Shown here piece by piece: positions 23,212 to 36,200 of a stretch of 64,000 nt of DNA. The stretch's first letter is position 1; each line of letters begins with the position of its first letter. The DNA is from Mobula birostris (lineage: Eukaryota). The translations under genes were made by a program, and so were the position numbers. The stretch spans positions 164,919,415-164,983,414 of the forward strand of contig NC_092375.1 of NCBI RefSeq assembly GCF_030028105.1, in the 5' to 3' direction. The notes under the pieces are model-generated. The model saw nothing but the letters and a program-made list of their open reading frames with translations. It did no database searches and was not told the origin of the DNA.

Positions 23212-26200
23212 TGGTGGTGGCATCCGTTGGTCTCGCGAGACCATGGATCTGCGCCTGGAAGGTCTTGCTTCAGTGTGTGTTAGAACAGCGTCTGTTGTGG
23301 CTGTAGAGGCCCACACGGGAGTGACAGTCTCGGCTGCATCGACTACACTTGAAGGCGCTGTCCTCCAGTAGTGTCTTGGTACTGTTTTTCCGATGAGTGC
23401 ACTTTTCTTCAGCAGCAAGCCTCAGCTTCTCTTCTCCCCTTTTTAGATCTGCATAGTTCCAGCCTCCAGTGAGAGCGATCGCTTGCGATGTCCTCCCACC
23501 TCTCGATGTTTATTTTCAGTGACTTCATGTCTCTCTTGCAAACGTCTTTAAAACGAAGATGGGGTGGCCCTTGTGCTCTCTTGCTGGAGGCCAGTTCCCC
23601 GTACAGCAGGTCTTTCGGGATCCTCCTGTCTGACATGTGGTGTACATGACCCAGCCAGCGGAGACGGCGTTGTTGGTGCAGGGTGAAGAGGCTGGGTATC
23701 TGGGCGTGGGCCAGGACCTCATTGTTGGTGACTCGGTCAGTCCACGTGATGTCTAGGATGCGTCTCAGGCTGTGAAGGTGGAAGGCGTTGAGACGCCGCT
23801 GTTGTCTATAGTAGAGGCTCCAGGTCTTGCTGCCGCAAAGCAGTGTGCTGAGGATGCAGGCCCTGTAGACTGCAACTTTGGTGTGCGTCGTCAGCTTTCT
23901 GTTCTCCCAGACTCTGTTTGTCAGCCTGGCGAATGTTGAGGCTGCTCGTCCGATCTGTCTGTTGATCTCCGGGTCTAGGGAGAGGCTGTCCATGATGGTG
24001 GAGCCAAGGTATGTAAACTTGTGAACTACCTCCAGCTCATAGTTGTTGATGGTAATGGCAGGGGGGTGCTCAGCGCTCTGGCCCAACACGTTGGTTTTCT
24101 TCAGGCTGATGGTCAAGCTGAAGTCCTGGCAGGCTCTTGAAAAGCTGTCCATGAGGCGTTGCAGTTGCTCTTCAGAGTGTGTTGCCAGTGCCACGTCGTC
24201 TGCAAACAACATGTCCCTGATGAGTACTTCACAAACCTTGGTTTTTGCCCTCAGCCAGGACAGAATGAACAGCCTCCCGTCCGATCTGGTGTGGAGGTAG
24301 ACACCATCAGTTGGTGTTCTAAAGGCATGTTCAGCATGACTGCGAAGTAGATGCCAAACAGGGTGGGGTAAGCACACAGCCCTGCTTCACACCGCTGTAG
24401 ATGTTGAAGGCCTCTGAAGAAGAGCTGTCGAACTGAACAACGCCCTTCACATCTGTGTGGAATGATTGAACTATCCTGAGGAGCCTCGGGGGACAACCAA
24501 TCCTGGCGAGGATTCTGAACAGGCCGTCTCTGCTCACAAGGTCGAAGGCCTTCGTAAGGTCAATGAAAGCAACATAGAGTGGTTGTCTTTGCTCTCTGCA
24601 TTTCTCTTGTAGCTGTCGATGGGAGAAGATCATGTCGATTGTGGAGCGTTCTGACCTGAAACTGTACTGAGACTCGGGATATACCCTTTCAGCTCTTTTC
24701 TGCAGTCTGTTCAGGACCACGCAGGTGAAGAACTTCCCAATGATGCTCAGCAAGGAGATTCCCCTGTAGTTGTTACAGTGGCTTCTGTCCCCTTTATTCT
24801 TTTATGTGGTGACAATGTTGCAGTCTCTCATGCCTTGCGGCACTGTTCTTTCTATCCAGCACTGGCACAGTAGTTCGTGCAGGTGGTTTAGCAGGACGCC
24901 CTTTGCGCATTTGATGGCCTCTGGTGGAATGCCATCCAATCCTGGTGCCTTCCCAGTGGGCAGGCTGTCGATGACTTTACTCAGCTCTTCGGCAGTCGAC
25001 AATGTATCAAGTTCCTCCATGACAGGCAGGCATTCCACGACATCTAGCGCGCTGTCCGAGATGCTGTTTCCTCTGGAGAAGAGTTCGGAATAATGCTCCA
25101 TCCATCTCTCCATCTGCTTGCTTTTGTCATTGTTGGTCTCGCCTGTTATGGTTTTCAATGGTGCTGTCTTGCTCTGGGTTGGCCCATTGGCTTTCTTGAT
25201 CCCCTCGTACACTCCATGGATGTTGCCTGTGTCAAATGATGACTGAATGCTTTTGCATAGTTGTAGCCAGTAGTCATTTGCACAGTGTCTGGCTGTTTCC
25301 TGGGCCTTGCTTCTTGCTGTCCTTAGCGCTTGCAGTGTTGCCTGGGTGGGGTGGCGTTTGTGCTCTAGTAGTGCAACACGCGTCACCTCGATGACAGCGG
25401 TGAGCTTGCTGGAGCTCACTTCAAACCAGTCCTGTGTCTTGCCCCGTTTCTTCCCGAAGGCCTTATGTGCAGTGCTGTGAATAGTGTCCCTGAGGGAGTC
25501 CCATCTCTGCTGAGCATCTCCTTCTGGTGGGTCTGCGAGGAGAGCATCCTCCAGTGACAATGAACTCTGCTTGCCTGGAGGCTTGGTGCAGTGCCTCTTC
25601 TTCGGCCGAAGTTTGATCTTGCAGCAAACCAGAGAGTGATCCGTGTCGCAGTCGGCACTCTGAAAGGAGCGAGTCATGAGCATGTTTCTCAGGTGACGGC
25701 GTCTTGTGATTATCAGGTCCAACTGGTGCCAGTGTTTGGAGCGGGGATGTCACCAAGACACTTTGTGCTGAGCTTTTGGTCTGGAAGTAGGTGTTGGTGA
25801 CACACAATTAGTGGAGCATGCAAAGCTCGAGCAGTCGTTGCCCGTTGTCATTCATGCTGCCGATCCCATACCGTCCCAGACAGCTTGGCCAGGAATTGTG
25901 GTCGGTGCCCACTCTGGCATTGAAATCACCAAGTAGCAGCAACTGTTGCTGACTTGGGATCTCCTGTATCATCATTGAGAGCTGGTCGTAGAATTCGTCC
26001 TTTGTGTCTTGTGTAGAACAGAGGGTTGGGGCATAGACACTGACAAAGTTGACAGGCCCGTTGGATGTGTGGAGTCAAAGTGAGAAAATCCACTCCGTCC
26101 CTTTCTCACTAGGCTCTACCATCTTCAGCAGCGAGTACTTCATAGCAAAGCCGACACCATGCTCTCCGGTCTTGTCTGAGCCCTTCCCCTGCCAGAAGAA

Positions 26201-27224
26201 GGTATAGTCTCTTTCTCGTAGCGTTCCCGATTCTGCAAGACGTGTCTCTTGGAGCGTTGCAATGTCCACTTGGAGCCTTGACAGTTCATTGTTACTCACT
26301 GCTGTCTTGCGTGAGTCGCTGATCTCCCGAAGGTCATCTGATATACCAGTTGTCATGGTCCGTATATTCCAGCATCCTAGTCTGAGTGCTGGCTTCTTTC
26401 TTTGTCTTCTAGTTGTGCTTGGTGCAGCGTTTACAGTCCGCAGTTCGAGCTACTTGTATCCCTAAGCTCCACGCACCCAGTGGAGTGGGTGGACTGTGGC
26501 AGGACAGCACCTAATTGGCTGGGGGCTGCCCAGCTTGAGGCGGGCAGTAGCTGTCCAGTGAGACGCGATAGTCTCTCCCTCCGTCGAAAGCAACCCCTGG
26601 CGCCTTGCTCTACACCAGTCGAGCACAGGCTTATAACCAGTAGACTGCTGCTTTCCATGTTGTGCTGTCGCGGTGAGGCGACGCTGGAGTGTCCTCTCCA
26701 GGGCGCAGGCGTGGGAAGGTTGTATGGATGATCAGCAGTTGCCCATGCTGCAAGTCTCCCCTCTCCACAACACCGATGTTGTCCAAGGGAAGGGCAAGGG
26801 CCGATACAGCTTGGCACCAGTGATATCGCAGGAGTTGCCAGAACGAAGTTGAAAGCAATGTCGGACTGCCTTAGGGACTCCAGCTCCGGATTTGTCCTCA
26901 GGGTTTACTCCCAAAGCCTTTCCAATCAGTGGGTATGGCCGCAAGGCAGCGGAGGTTTGAAATCAGAGTTTCCCTCTCTTAGATGGACTGCCATCCCAGG
27001 CTGACGAACTCCATCTACCCAAAGCACTGGTTTTAAGGCGCCAGGACCCGCCTTCACCCCTTCTCCTGTCAGCAGAAACAGTTCCGCCAGGCTTAGAGGC
27101 TAAGCCACACCAGAAGGCCAGGAGTTGGACTTAGTTGTCAGAGGCTATTTGAGGCGCATGTCACGAGGAGCACTTTTATGTAGTCAGAGCTTGTCCCCAC
27201 TACCACTCCTCGGCTTGACAAGCT
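23212..27224 (-). mobile_element. Near full-length RTE-clade LINE (~4.0 kb), antisense to titin
   Basis: Imperfect TSD tggaacctgtaataaataa (23193-23211) / tggaactgtaataactaa (27225-27242); APE and RT domains; short (cca)n tail. Confidence 0.92.
23409..26420 (-). pseudogene. Disrupted RTE ORF (endonuclease plus reverse transcriptase) split by frameshifts and stops
   Basis: GCWNIRT, LQETRL, ADCDTDHSLV, FIDLTKAFD, GVKQGCVL, LFADD and LRWLGHV motifs lie in different frames. Confidence 0.9.
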
Positions 27225-27225
27225 T
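27063..27225 (-). ncRNA. Candidate HDV-like self-cleaving ribozyme at the RTE 5' end, partly degenerate
   Basis: P2 CUCCUG/CAGGAG, P3 GCC/GGC, GG for P1.1, P4 CGGAA/UUCUG, J4/2 CUGA, P1 AAGCUUG/UAAGCCU (6 of 7 pairs). Confidence 0.6.
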
Positions 27226-27729
27226 GGAACTGTAATAACTAAACCAATATAATAGTATGATTGAGCAAAAAGAGCATGGATTTATGAAAGTAGAGTACAT
27301 AAGACTAAACTCCAAGAATATTTGGCGATGTATCTGACAGAGTGGATGAGGGACATCCAGTGTAGGTATTAAGTAATTGGCTTTTCAGAAGGCTTGAATC
27401 AGTTCTCAAGAGATTAGTCAACAAAGTTCATGCATGAATTGAAGTAGCATCTGCAATTACTGAAAACGTGAAAGAGAAGTGGAAAATATCTAATAATTTT
27501 TTTGAAAATAGGTTTTGTACTAATACTTTCTTTAATGGCATATGAGATTCAAGATCTTGGCAATTCAATTTTGCCACATACATTCTTCTTATCAGTCGAT
27601 TGTGCTCTGTGGTCTAATTCGTGTAATATATGTTTGTCAACCATGTTTCATTTCACTTCTCATACATTTTTCAGAAAATGTCCACTCATTTCAATGTCTT
27701 GCATCTAAAATTAAAAATGTTCTTTAAAG

Positions 27730-27804
27730 TGTCCAAGAAGCCAATTTCTGATGAAGTTAAGCCACAGATTGTTTCAAGAAAAGAAAAGGTTCCTCCAACC
27801 AAAG
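27730..27804 (+). CDS. ttn: PEVK array exon A3
   Basis: aaag|TGTCC...AAAG|gtatgg, 75 nt. Confidence 0.9.
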
Positions 27805-28378
27805 GTATGGGAATATGCATCCCATCATTTTAAACAGAACCCTTGAAAAGTAATCACATGATCAATTGGCTTTACTGTGTGTGCTCACGCACATATGTGT
27901 TTGTGTGTGTGTGTTTGTATGTACGGTGATGTCTTGTGCATTTATGGTGAATCTTGATTCGTATTTGGTCATTTGTTTCGTGCATTTTATCATTAAGTCG
28001 AGTGGAGATATTGAATTAGAAATAGTATACTGAAGCATGAAACTGTAAATCAGGGGATTCCAACCTGGAGTCCATGGACCCCTCGGGCAACCATGGCTCC
28101 ATGGCATAAAAAGGTTGGGAACCCCTGCGTTGAAAATAAGACAGAAAATGCAATGTGCCTGTGATTTATGTAGAGAATTCACTCAGCCAACGAGAAAACA
28201 ATGGAAGAATTCATCCGGTTACGAACAGTTAACATTTCAGTTCTGAGAGCCTTCATCAAAACAAAGGAAGGCAAAAACAAATTTTTCTAGATAGCAGAGA
28301 AAATGGAGGAGGATAATGGGTGTAACAAAAGGAATTTCTTTGATGGGGTGAAAATGTGCAACTGTGAAGAGACAGTAA

Positions 28379-28569
28379 ACACAAAATAATCTGTAGATGC
28401 TGGGATCAAAGCAACACTCACAACACGCTGGAGGAACTCAGCAGGTCTAGCAGCATCCGTGGAATCCTGTGGCAGCACCCTCAGGTTCTGGCCCGAAACA
28501 TTGACTGATCGTTTCCATGGATGCTGCCCGACCTGCTGAGTTCCTCCAGCGTGTTGTGAATGTTGCAAT
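28379..28569. mobile_element. 191 bp PLE-derived foldback insert in units 3-8 (also 30729-30919, 33066-33256, 35417-35607, 37757-37947, 40097-40287)
   Basis: 47 bp inverted arms (28418-28464 / 28513-28559); TSD agacagtaa; empty site in units 1-2. Confidence 0.85.
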
Positions 28570-29087
28570 AGACAGTAATGCCTCCTATATATGACTCATT
28601 GCCTTCCCTCATCTTTTTTGCGTTCTTGACAAATTTATCAGTTCTGATGAAAGTTGTCTGACCCAAAACATCAGCTGTTCATCCTTCCACACATGTGCCA
28701 AGCTTGCTGAGTTTTTCCCAGCGTTTTCTGTTTTTACTTACTTGGGGTAGTGAGTTTTTCTCATGAATCATGAGCACATTTTGAAGTAAACACACCATAA
28801 AGTGCTATACCTCAGAAAAAAATATTTTCAGCAAAATTATTTGAGTTCATTGAGAGAATTTGTTATTAAAATAATTAGTGGGCAGTCAAGCATTTCTGCT
28901 TGAATTTTTAAGTCAGCTGCATTTGCTGTAATTTCTGTACACATTATAAATATGTGCTCGTCACAAGATGATGAACTATGTCAGGTCTTATTTGTAGTAA
29001 TGCACGTAATGTTATGTGCATTGCTTTTTTAAATATTCTTAATGTATGCCTCTGAAATTCTCTTGTCTAAAAATTAAATTCTTCAAG

Positions 29088-29162
29088 TGCCTGAGGTTCC
29101 TGAGTTTATTCCTGAAGAAAAGATGCCAGTTGTACCAGAAGAAAAAGTTGCTCCAATGAAAG
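29088..29162 (+). CDS. ttn: PEVK array exon B3
   Basis: caag|TGCCT...AAAG|gtacaa; EKMPVV variant. Confidence 0.9.
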
Positions 29163-30080
29163 GTACAAAAGAAGACACATATTTTATATTACAGTTACTC
29201 TTTCAATAAATGAGCTATCATAATTGCATTACCTTGGAAAGTAATTCTATTTTAGGAGACCTTTTTTTTTGTCTTTTGTTTGTGTATCTGTATAATGTTT
29301 ACTGTATCAGTTTGTCCTTCTTGAAACCAAAAATCTCTAATGTAAAATAGTGCTTGGTGGTTGTACTTGTCTGATGCTGTACAAGCTTTCTGTGTATCAA
29401 AATGACAGTTGTAGTCCTGCAGCAAAGTTGTGTTGAATGTCAAACTGGTGATGGGACATATTGGGGTAACCGATGTGTAGTGAACCTGAATATATGGAAA
29501 CTACTGTTTAAAAAAAGGCAAGAAAAATCAGGGAACTGCTGACCTGTTAGCCTGGCATTATTAGTTAGGAAGATTCTGGAACCTGTAATAAATAAACCAA
29601 TATAATATTATGATTGAGCAAAGAGAACATGGATTTATGAAATTAGAGTACATAAGACTAAACTCCAGGATATTTGGGGATGTATTTGATAGAGTGGATG
29701 AGGGAGATCCAGTGTAGATATTAAGTAATTGGCTTTTCAGAAGGCTTGAATCAGTTCTCAAGAGATTAGTCAACAATGTTCATGCATGAATTGCAGTAGC
29801 ATCTGCAATTACTGAAAACTTGAAAGAGAAGTGGAAAATATGTAATTCTTTTTGAAAATAGGTTTTGTACTAATACTTCTTTTAATGGAAGTATGAGATT
29901 CAAGATCTTGGCAATTCAATTTTGCCACATACTTTCTTCTTATCAGTCGATTGTGCTCTGTGGTCTAATTCGTGTAATATATGTTTGTCAACCATGTTTC
30001 ATTTCACTTCTCCTACATTTTTCAGAAAATGTCCATTCATTTCAATGTCTTGCATCTAAAATTATAAATGTTCTTTAAAG

Positions 30081-30155
30081 TGTCCAAGAAGCCAATTTCT
30101 GATGAAGTTAAGCCACAGATTGTTTCAAGAAAAGAAAAGGTTCCTCCAACCAAAG
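30081..30155 (+). CDS. ttn: PEVK array exon A4
   Basis: aaag|TGTCC...AAAG|gtatgg. Confidence 0.9.
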
Positions 30156-31436
30156 GTATGGGAGTATGCATCCCATCATTTTAAATAGAACCCTTGAAAA
30201 AGTAATCACATGATCAATTGGCTTTACTGCGTGTGCTCACGCACGTGTGTGTTTGTGTGTGTGTTTGTATATACGGTGATGTCTTGTGCATTTATGGTGA
30301 ATCTTGATTCGTCTTTGGTCACTTGTTTTGTGCACTTTACCATTAAGTCGAGTGGAGATATTGAATTAGAAGTAGTATACTGAAGCATGAAACTGTAAAT
30401 CAGAGGATCCCAACCTGGAGTCCATGGACCCCTCGGGCATCCATGGCTCCATGGCATAAAATGGTTGGGAACCCCTGCGTTGAAAATAAGACAGAAAATG
30501 CAATGTGCCTGTGATTTATGTAGAGAATTCACTCAGCGAACCAGAAAACAATGGAAGAATTCATCCGGTTATGAACAGTTAACATTTCAGTTCTGAGAGC
30601 CTTCATCAAAACAAAGGAAGATAGGAACAAATTACTCTAGATAGCAGAGAAAATGGAGGAGGATAATGGGTGTAACAAAAGGAATTTCTTTGATGGGGTG
30701 AAAATGTGCAACTGTGAAGAGACAGTAAACACAAAATAATCTGTAGATGCTGGGATCAAAGCAACACTCACAACACGCTGGAGGAACTCAGCAGGTCCAG
30801 CAGCATCCGTGGAATCCTGTGGCAGCACCCTCAGGTTCTGGCCCGAAACATTGACTGATCGTTTCCATGGATGCTGCTCGACCTGCTGAGTTCCTCCAGC
30901 GTGTTGTGAATGTTGCAATAGACAGTAATGCCTCCTGTATATGACTCATTGCCTTCCCTCATCTTTTTTGCATTCTTGACAAATTTATCAGTTCTGATGA
31001 AAGTTGTCTGACCCAAAACATCAGCTGTTCATCCTTCCACACATGTGCCAAGCTTGCTGAATTTTCCCAGCATTTTCTGCTTTTACTTACTTGGGGTAGT
31101 GAGTTCTTCTCATGAATCATGAGCACATTTTGAAGTAATCACACCATAAAGTGCTATACCTCAGAAAAAAATATTTTCAGCAAAATTATTTGAGTTCGTT
31201 GAGAGAATTTGTTATTAAAATAATTAGTGGGCAGTCAAGCATTTCTGCTTGAATTTTTAAGTCAGCTGCATTTGCTGTAATTTCTGTACACATTATAAAT
31301 ATGTGCTCGTCACAAGATGATGAACTATGTCAGGTCTTATTTGTAGTAATGCACGTAATGTTATGTGCATTGCTTTTTTAAATATTCTTAATGTATGCCT
31401 CTGAAATTCTCTTGTCTAAAAATTAAATTCTTCAAG

Positions 31437-31511
31437 TGCCTGAGGTTCCTGAGTTTATTCCTGAAGAAAAGATGCCAGTTGTACCAGAAGAAAAAGTTGC
31501 TCCAATGAAAG
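31437..31511 (+). CDS. ttn: PEVK array exon B4
   Basis: caag|TGCCT...AAAG|gtacaa; EKMPVV variant. Confidence 0.9.
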
Positions 31512-32429
31512 GTACAAAAGAAGACACATATTTTATATTACAGTTACTCTTTCAATAAATGAGCTATCATAATTGCATTACCTTGGAAAGTAATTCTATT
31601 TTAGGAGACCTTTTTTTTTGTCTTTTGTTTGTGTATCTGTATAATGTTTACTGTATCAGTTTGTCCTTCTTGAAACCAAAAATCTCTAATGTAAAATAGT
31701 GCTTGGTGGTTGTACTTGTCTGATGCTGTACAAGCTTTCTGTGTATCAAAATGACAGTTGTAGTCCTGCAGCAAAGTTGTGTTGAATGTCAAACTGGTGA
31801 TGGGACATATTGGGGTAACCGATGTGTAGTGAACCTGAATATATGGAAACTACTGTTTAAAAAAAGGCAAGAAAAATCAGGGAACTGCTGACCTGTTAGC
31901 CTGGCATTATTAGTTAGGAAGATTCTGGAACCTGTAATAAATAAACCAATATAATATTATGATTGAGCAAAGAGAACATGGATTTATGAAATTAGAGTAC
32001 ATAAGACTAAACTCCAGGATATTTGGGGATGTATTTGATAGAGTGGATGAGGGAGATCCAGTGTAGATATTAAGTAATTGGCTTTTCAGAAGGCTTGAAT
32101 CAGTTCTCAAGAGATTAGTCAACAATGTTCATGCATGAATTGCAGTAGCATCTGCAATTACTGAAAACTTGAAAGAGAAGTGGAAAATATGTAATTCTTT
32201 TTGAAAATAGGTTTTGTACTAATACTTCTTTTAATGGAAGTATGAGATTCAAGATCTTGGCAATTCAATTTTGCCACATACTTTCTTCTTATCAGTCGAT
32301 TGTGCTCTGTGGTCTAATTCGTGTAATATATGTTTGTCAACCATGTTTCATTTCACTTCTCCTACATTTTTCAGAAAATGTCCATTCATTTCAAGGTCTT
32401 GCATCTAAAATTATAAATGTTCTTTAAAG

Positions 32430-32504
32430 TGTCCAAGAAGCCAATTTCTGATGAAGTTAAGCCACAGATTGTTTCAAGAAAAGAAAAGGTTCCTCCAACC
32501 AAAG
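32430..32504 (+). CDS. ttn: PEVK array exon A5
   Basis: aaag|TGTCC...AAAG|gtatgg. Confidence 0.9.
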
Positions 32505-33774
32505 GTATGGGAATATGCATCCCATCATTTTAAATAGAACCCTTGTAAAAGTAATCACATGATCAATTGGCTTTACTGCGTGTGCTCACGCACGTGTGTG
32601 TTTGTATATACGGTGATGTCTTGTGCATTTATGGTGAATCTTCATTCGTATTTTGTCACTTGTTTTGTGCACTTTATCATTAATTTGAGTGGAGATATTG
32701 AATTAGAAGTAGTATACTGAAGCATGAAACTGTAAATCATGGGATCCCAACCTGGAGTCCATGGACCCCTCGGGCATCCATGGCTCCATGGCATAAAATT
32801 GTTGGAGACCCTTGCGTTGAAAATAAGACAGAAAATGTAATGTGCCTGTGATTTATGTAGAGGATTCACTCAGCGAACCAGAAAAGAATGGAAGAATTCA
32901 TCCAGTTATGAACAGTTAACATTTCAGTTCTGAGAGCCTTCATCAAAACAAAGGAAGACAAAAACAAATTACTCTAGATAGCAGAGAAAATGGAGGAGGA
33001 TAATGGGTGTAACAAAAGGAATTTCTTTGATGGGGTGAAAATGTGCAACTGTGAAGAGACAGTAAACACAAAATAATCTGTAGATGCTGGGATCAAAGCA
33101 ACACTCACAACACGCTGGAGGAACTCAGCAGGTCCAGCAGCATCCGTGGATTCCTGTGGCAGCACCCTCAGGTTCTGGCCCGAAACATTGACTGATCGTT
33201 TCCATGGATGCTGCCCGACCTGCTGAGTTCCTCCAGCGTGTTGTGAATGTTGCAGTAGACAGTAATGCCTCCTGTATATGACTCATTGCCTTCCCTCATC
33301 TTTTTTGCATTCTTGACAAATATATCAGTTCTGATGAAAGTTGTCTGACCCAAAACATCAGCTGTTCATCCTTCCACACATGTGCCAAGCTTGCTGAGGT
33401 TTTCCCAGCATTTTCTGTTTTTACTTACTTGGGGTAGTGAGTTCTTCTCATGAATCATGAGCACATTTTGAAGTAATCACAACATAAAGTGCTATACCTC
33501 AGAAAAAAATATTTTCAGCAAAATTATTTGAGTTCGTTGAGAGAATTTGTTATTAAAATAATTAGTGGGCAGTCAAGCATTTCTGCTTGAATTTTTAAGT
33601 CAGCTGCATTTGATGTAATTTCTGTACACATTATATATATGTGCTCGTCACAAGATGATGAACTATGTCAGGTCTTATTTGTAGTAATGCACGTAATGTT
33701 ATGTGCATTGCTTTTTTAAATATTCTTAATGTATGCCTCTGAAATTCTCTTGTCTAAAAATTAAATTCTTCAAG

Positions 33775-33849
33775 TGCCTGAGATTCCTGAGTTTATTCCT
33801 GAAGAAAAGAAGCCAGTTGTACCAGAAGAAAAAGTTGCTCCACTGAAAG
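33775..33849 (+). CDS. ttn: PEVK array exon B5
   Basis: caag|TGCCT...CTGAAAG|gtacaa; VPEIPE...APLK. Confidence 0.9.
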
Positions 33850-34768
33850 GTACAAAAGAAGGCACATATTTTATATTACAGTTACTCTTTCAATAAATGA
33901 GCTATCATAATTGCATTACCTTGGAAAGTAATTCTATTTTAGGAGACCTTTTTTTTTTGTCTTTTGTTTGTGTATCTGTATAATGTTTACTGTATCAGTT
34001 TGTCCTTCTTGAAACCAAAAATCTCTAATGTAAAATAGTGCTTGGTGGTTGTACTTGTCTGATGCTGTACAAGCTTTCTGTGTATCAAAATGACAGTTGT
34101 AGTCCTGCAGCAAAGTTGTGTTGAATGTCAAACTGGTGATGGGACATATTGGGGTAACCGATGTGTAGTGAACCTGAATATATGGAAACTACTGTTTAAA
34201 AAAAGGCAAGAAAAATCAGGGAACTGCTGACCTGTTAGCCTGGCATTATTAGTTAGGAAGATTCTAGAACCTGTAATAAATAAACCAATATAATATTATG
34301 ATTGAGCAAACAGAACATGGATTTATGAAATTAGAATACATAAGACTAAACTCCAGGATATTTGGGGATGTATTTGATAGAGTGGATGAGGGAGATCCAG
34401 TGTAGATATTAAGTAATTGGCTTTTCAGAAGGCTTGAATCAGATCTCAAGAGATTAGTCAACAATGTTCATGCATGAATTGCAGTAGCATCTGCAATTAC
34501 TGAAAACTTGAAAGAGAAGTGGAAAATATGTAATTTTTTTTGAAAATAGGTTTTCTACTAATACTTTCTTTAATGGATGTATGAGATTCAAGATCTTGGC
34601 AATTCAATTTTGCCACATACATTCTTCTTATCAGTCGATTGTGCTCTGTGGTCTAATTCGTGTAATATATGTTTGTCAACCATGTTTCATTTCACTTCTC
34701 CTACATTTTTCAGAAAATGTCCATTCATTTCAATGTCTTGCATCTAAAATTATAAATGTTCTCTAAAG

Positions 34769-34843
34769 TGTCCAAGAAGCCAATTTCTGATGAAGTTAAG
34801 CCACAGATTGTTTCAAGAAAAGAAAAGGTTCCTCCAACCAAAG
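34769..34843 (+). CDS. ttn: PEVK array exon A6
   Basis: ctctaaag|TGTCC...AAAG|gtatgg. Confidence 0.9.
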
Positions 34844-36125
34844 GTATGGGAATATGCATCCCATCATTTTAAATAGAACCCTTGAAAAAGTAATCACATG
34901 ATCAATTGGCTTTACTGCGTGTGCTCACGCACGTGTGTGTTTGTGTGTGTGTTTGTATATACGGTGATGTCTTGTGCATTTATGGTGAATCTTGATTCGT
35001 ATTTGGTCACTTGTTTTGTGCATTTTATCATTAAGTCGAGTGGAGATATTGAATTAGAAGTAGTATACTGAAGCATGAAACTGTAAATCAGGGGATCCCA
35101 ACCTGGAGTCCATGGACCCCTCGGGCATCCATGGCTCCATGGCATAAAATGGTTGGGAACCCCTGCGTTGAAAATAAGACAGAAAATGCAATGTGCCTGT
35201 GATTTATGTAGAGAATTCACTCAGCGAACCAGAAAACAATGGAAAAATTCATCCAGTTATGAACAGTTAACATTTCAGTTCTGAGAGCCTTCATCAAAAC
35301 AAAGGAAGATAGAAACAAATTACTCTAGATAGCAGAGAAAATGGAGGAGGATAATGGGTGTAACAAAAGGAATTTCTTTGATGGGGTGAAAATGTGCAAT
35401 TGTGAAGAGACAGTAAACACAAAATAATCTGTAGATGCTGGGATCAAAGCAACACTCACAACACGCTGGAGGAACTCAGCAGGTCTAGCAGCATCCGTGG
35501 AATCCTGTGGCAGCACCCTCAGGTTCCGGCCCGAAACATTGACTGATCGTTTCCATGGATGCTGCCCGACCTGCTGAGTTCCTCCAGCGTGTTGTGAATG
35601 TTGCAATAGACAGTAATGCCTCCTGTGTATGACTCATTGCCTTCCCTCATCTTTTTTGCGTTCTTGACAAATTTATCAGTTCTGATGAAAGTTGTCTGAC
35701 CCAAAACATTAGCTGTTCATCCTTCCACACATGTGCCAAGCTTGCTGAGTTTTTCCCAGCATTTTCTGTTTTTACTTACTTGGGGTAGTGAGTTCTTCTC
35801 ATGAATCATGAGCACATTTTGAAGTAATCACAACATAAAGTGCTATACCTCAGAAAAAAATATTTTCAGCAAAATTATTTGAGTTCGTTGAGAGAATTTG
35901 TTATTAAAATAATTAGTGGGCAGTCAAGCATTTCTGCTTGAATTTTTAAGTCAGCTGCATTTGATGTAATTTCTGTACACATTATAAATATGTGCTCGTC
36001 ACAAGATGATGAACTATGTCAGGTCTTATTTGTAGTAATGCACGTAATGTTATGTGCATTGCTTTTTTAAATATTCTTAATGTATGCCTCTGAAATTCTC
36101 TTGTCTAAAAATTAAATTCTTCAAG

Positions 36126-36200
36126 TGCCTGAGGTTCCTGAGTTTATTCCTGAAGAAAAGAAGCCAGTTGTACCAGAAGAAAAAGTTGCTCCAATGAAAG
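36126..36200 (+). CDS. ttn: PEVK array exon B6
   Basis: caag|TGCCT...AAAG|gtacaa. Confidence 0.9.

Noticed and set aside
26402-26944. ORFs of 70-128 aa in the RTE 5' region as a separate ORF1
   Set aside because: They lie on both strands in GC-rich UTR-like sequence with no recognisable motif.
27150-27172. UCCUCGU on the minus strand as an alternative HDV L3 loop
   Set aside because: Flanks do not form P3 and no matching P1 or P2 partner was found; the 27115-27107 loop gives a complete fold.
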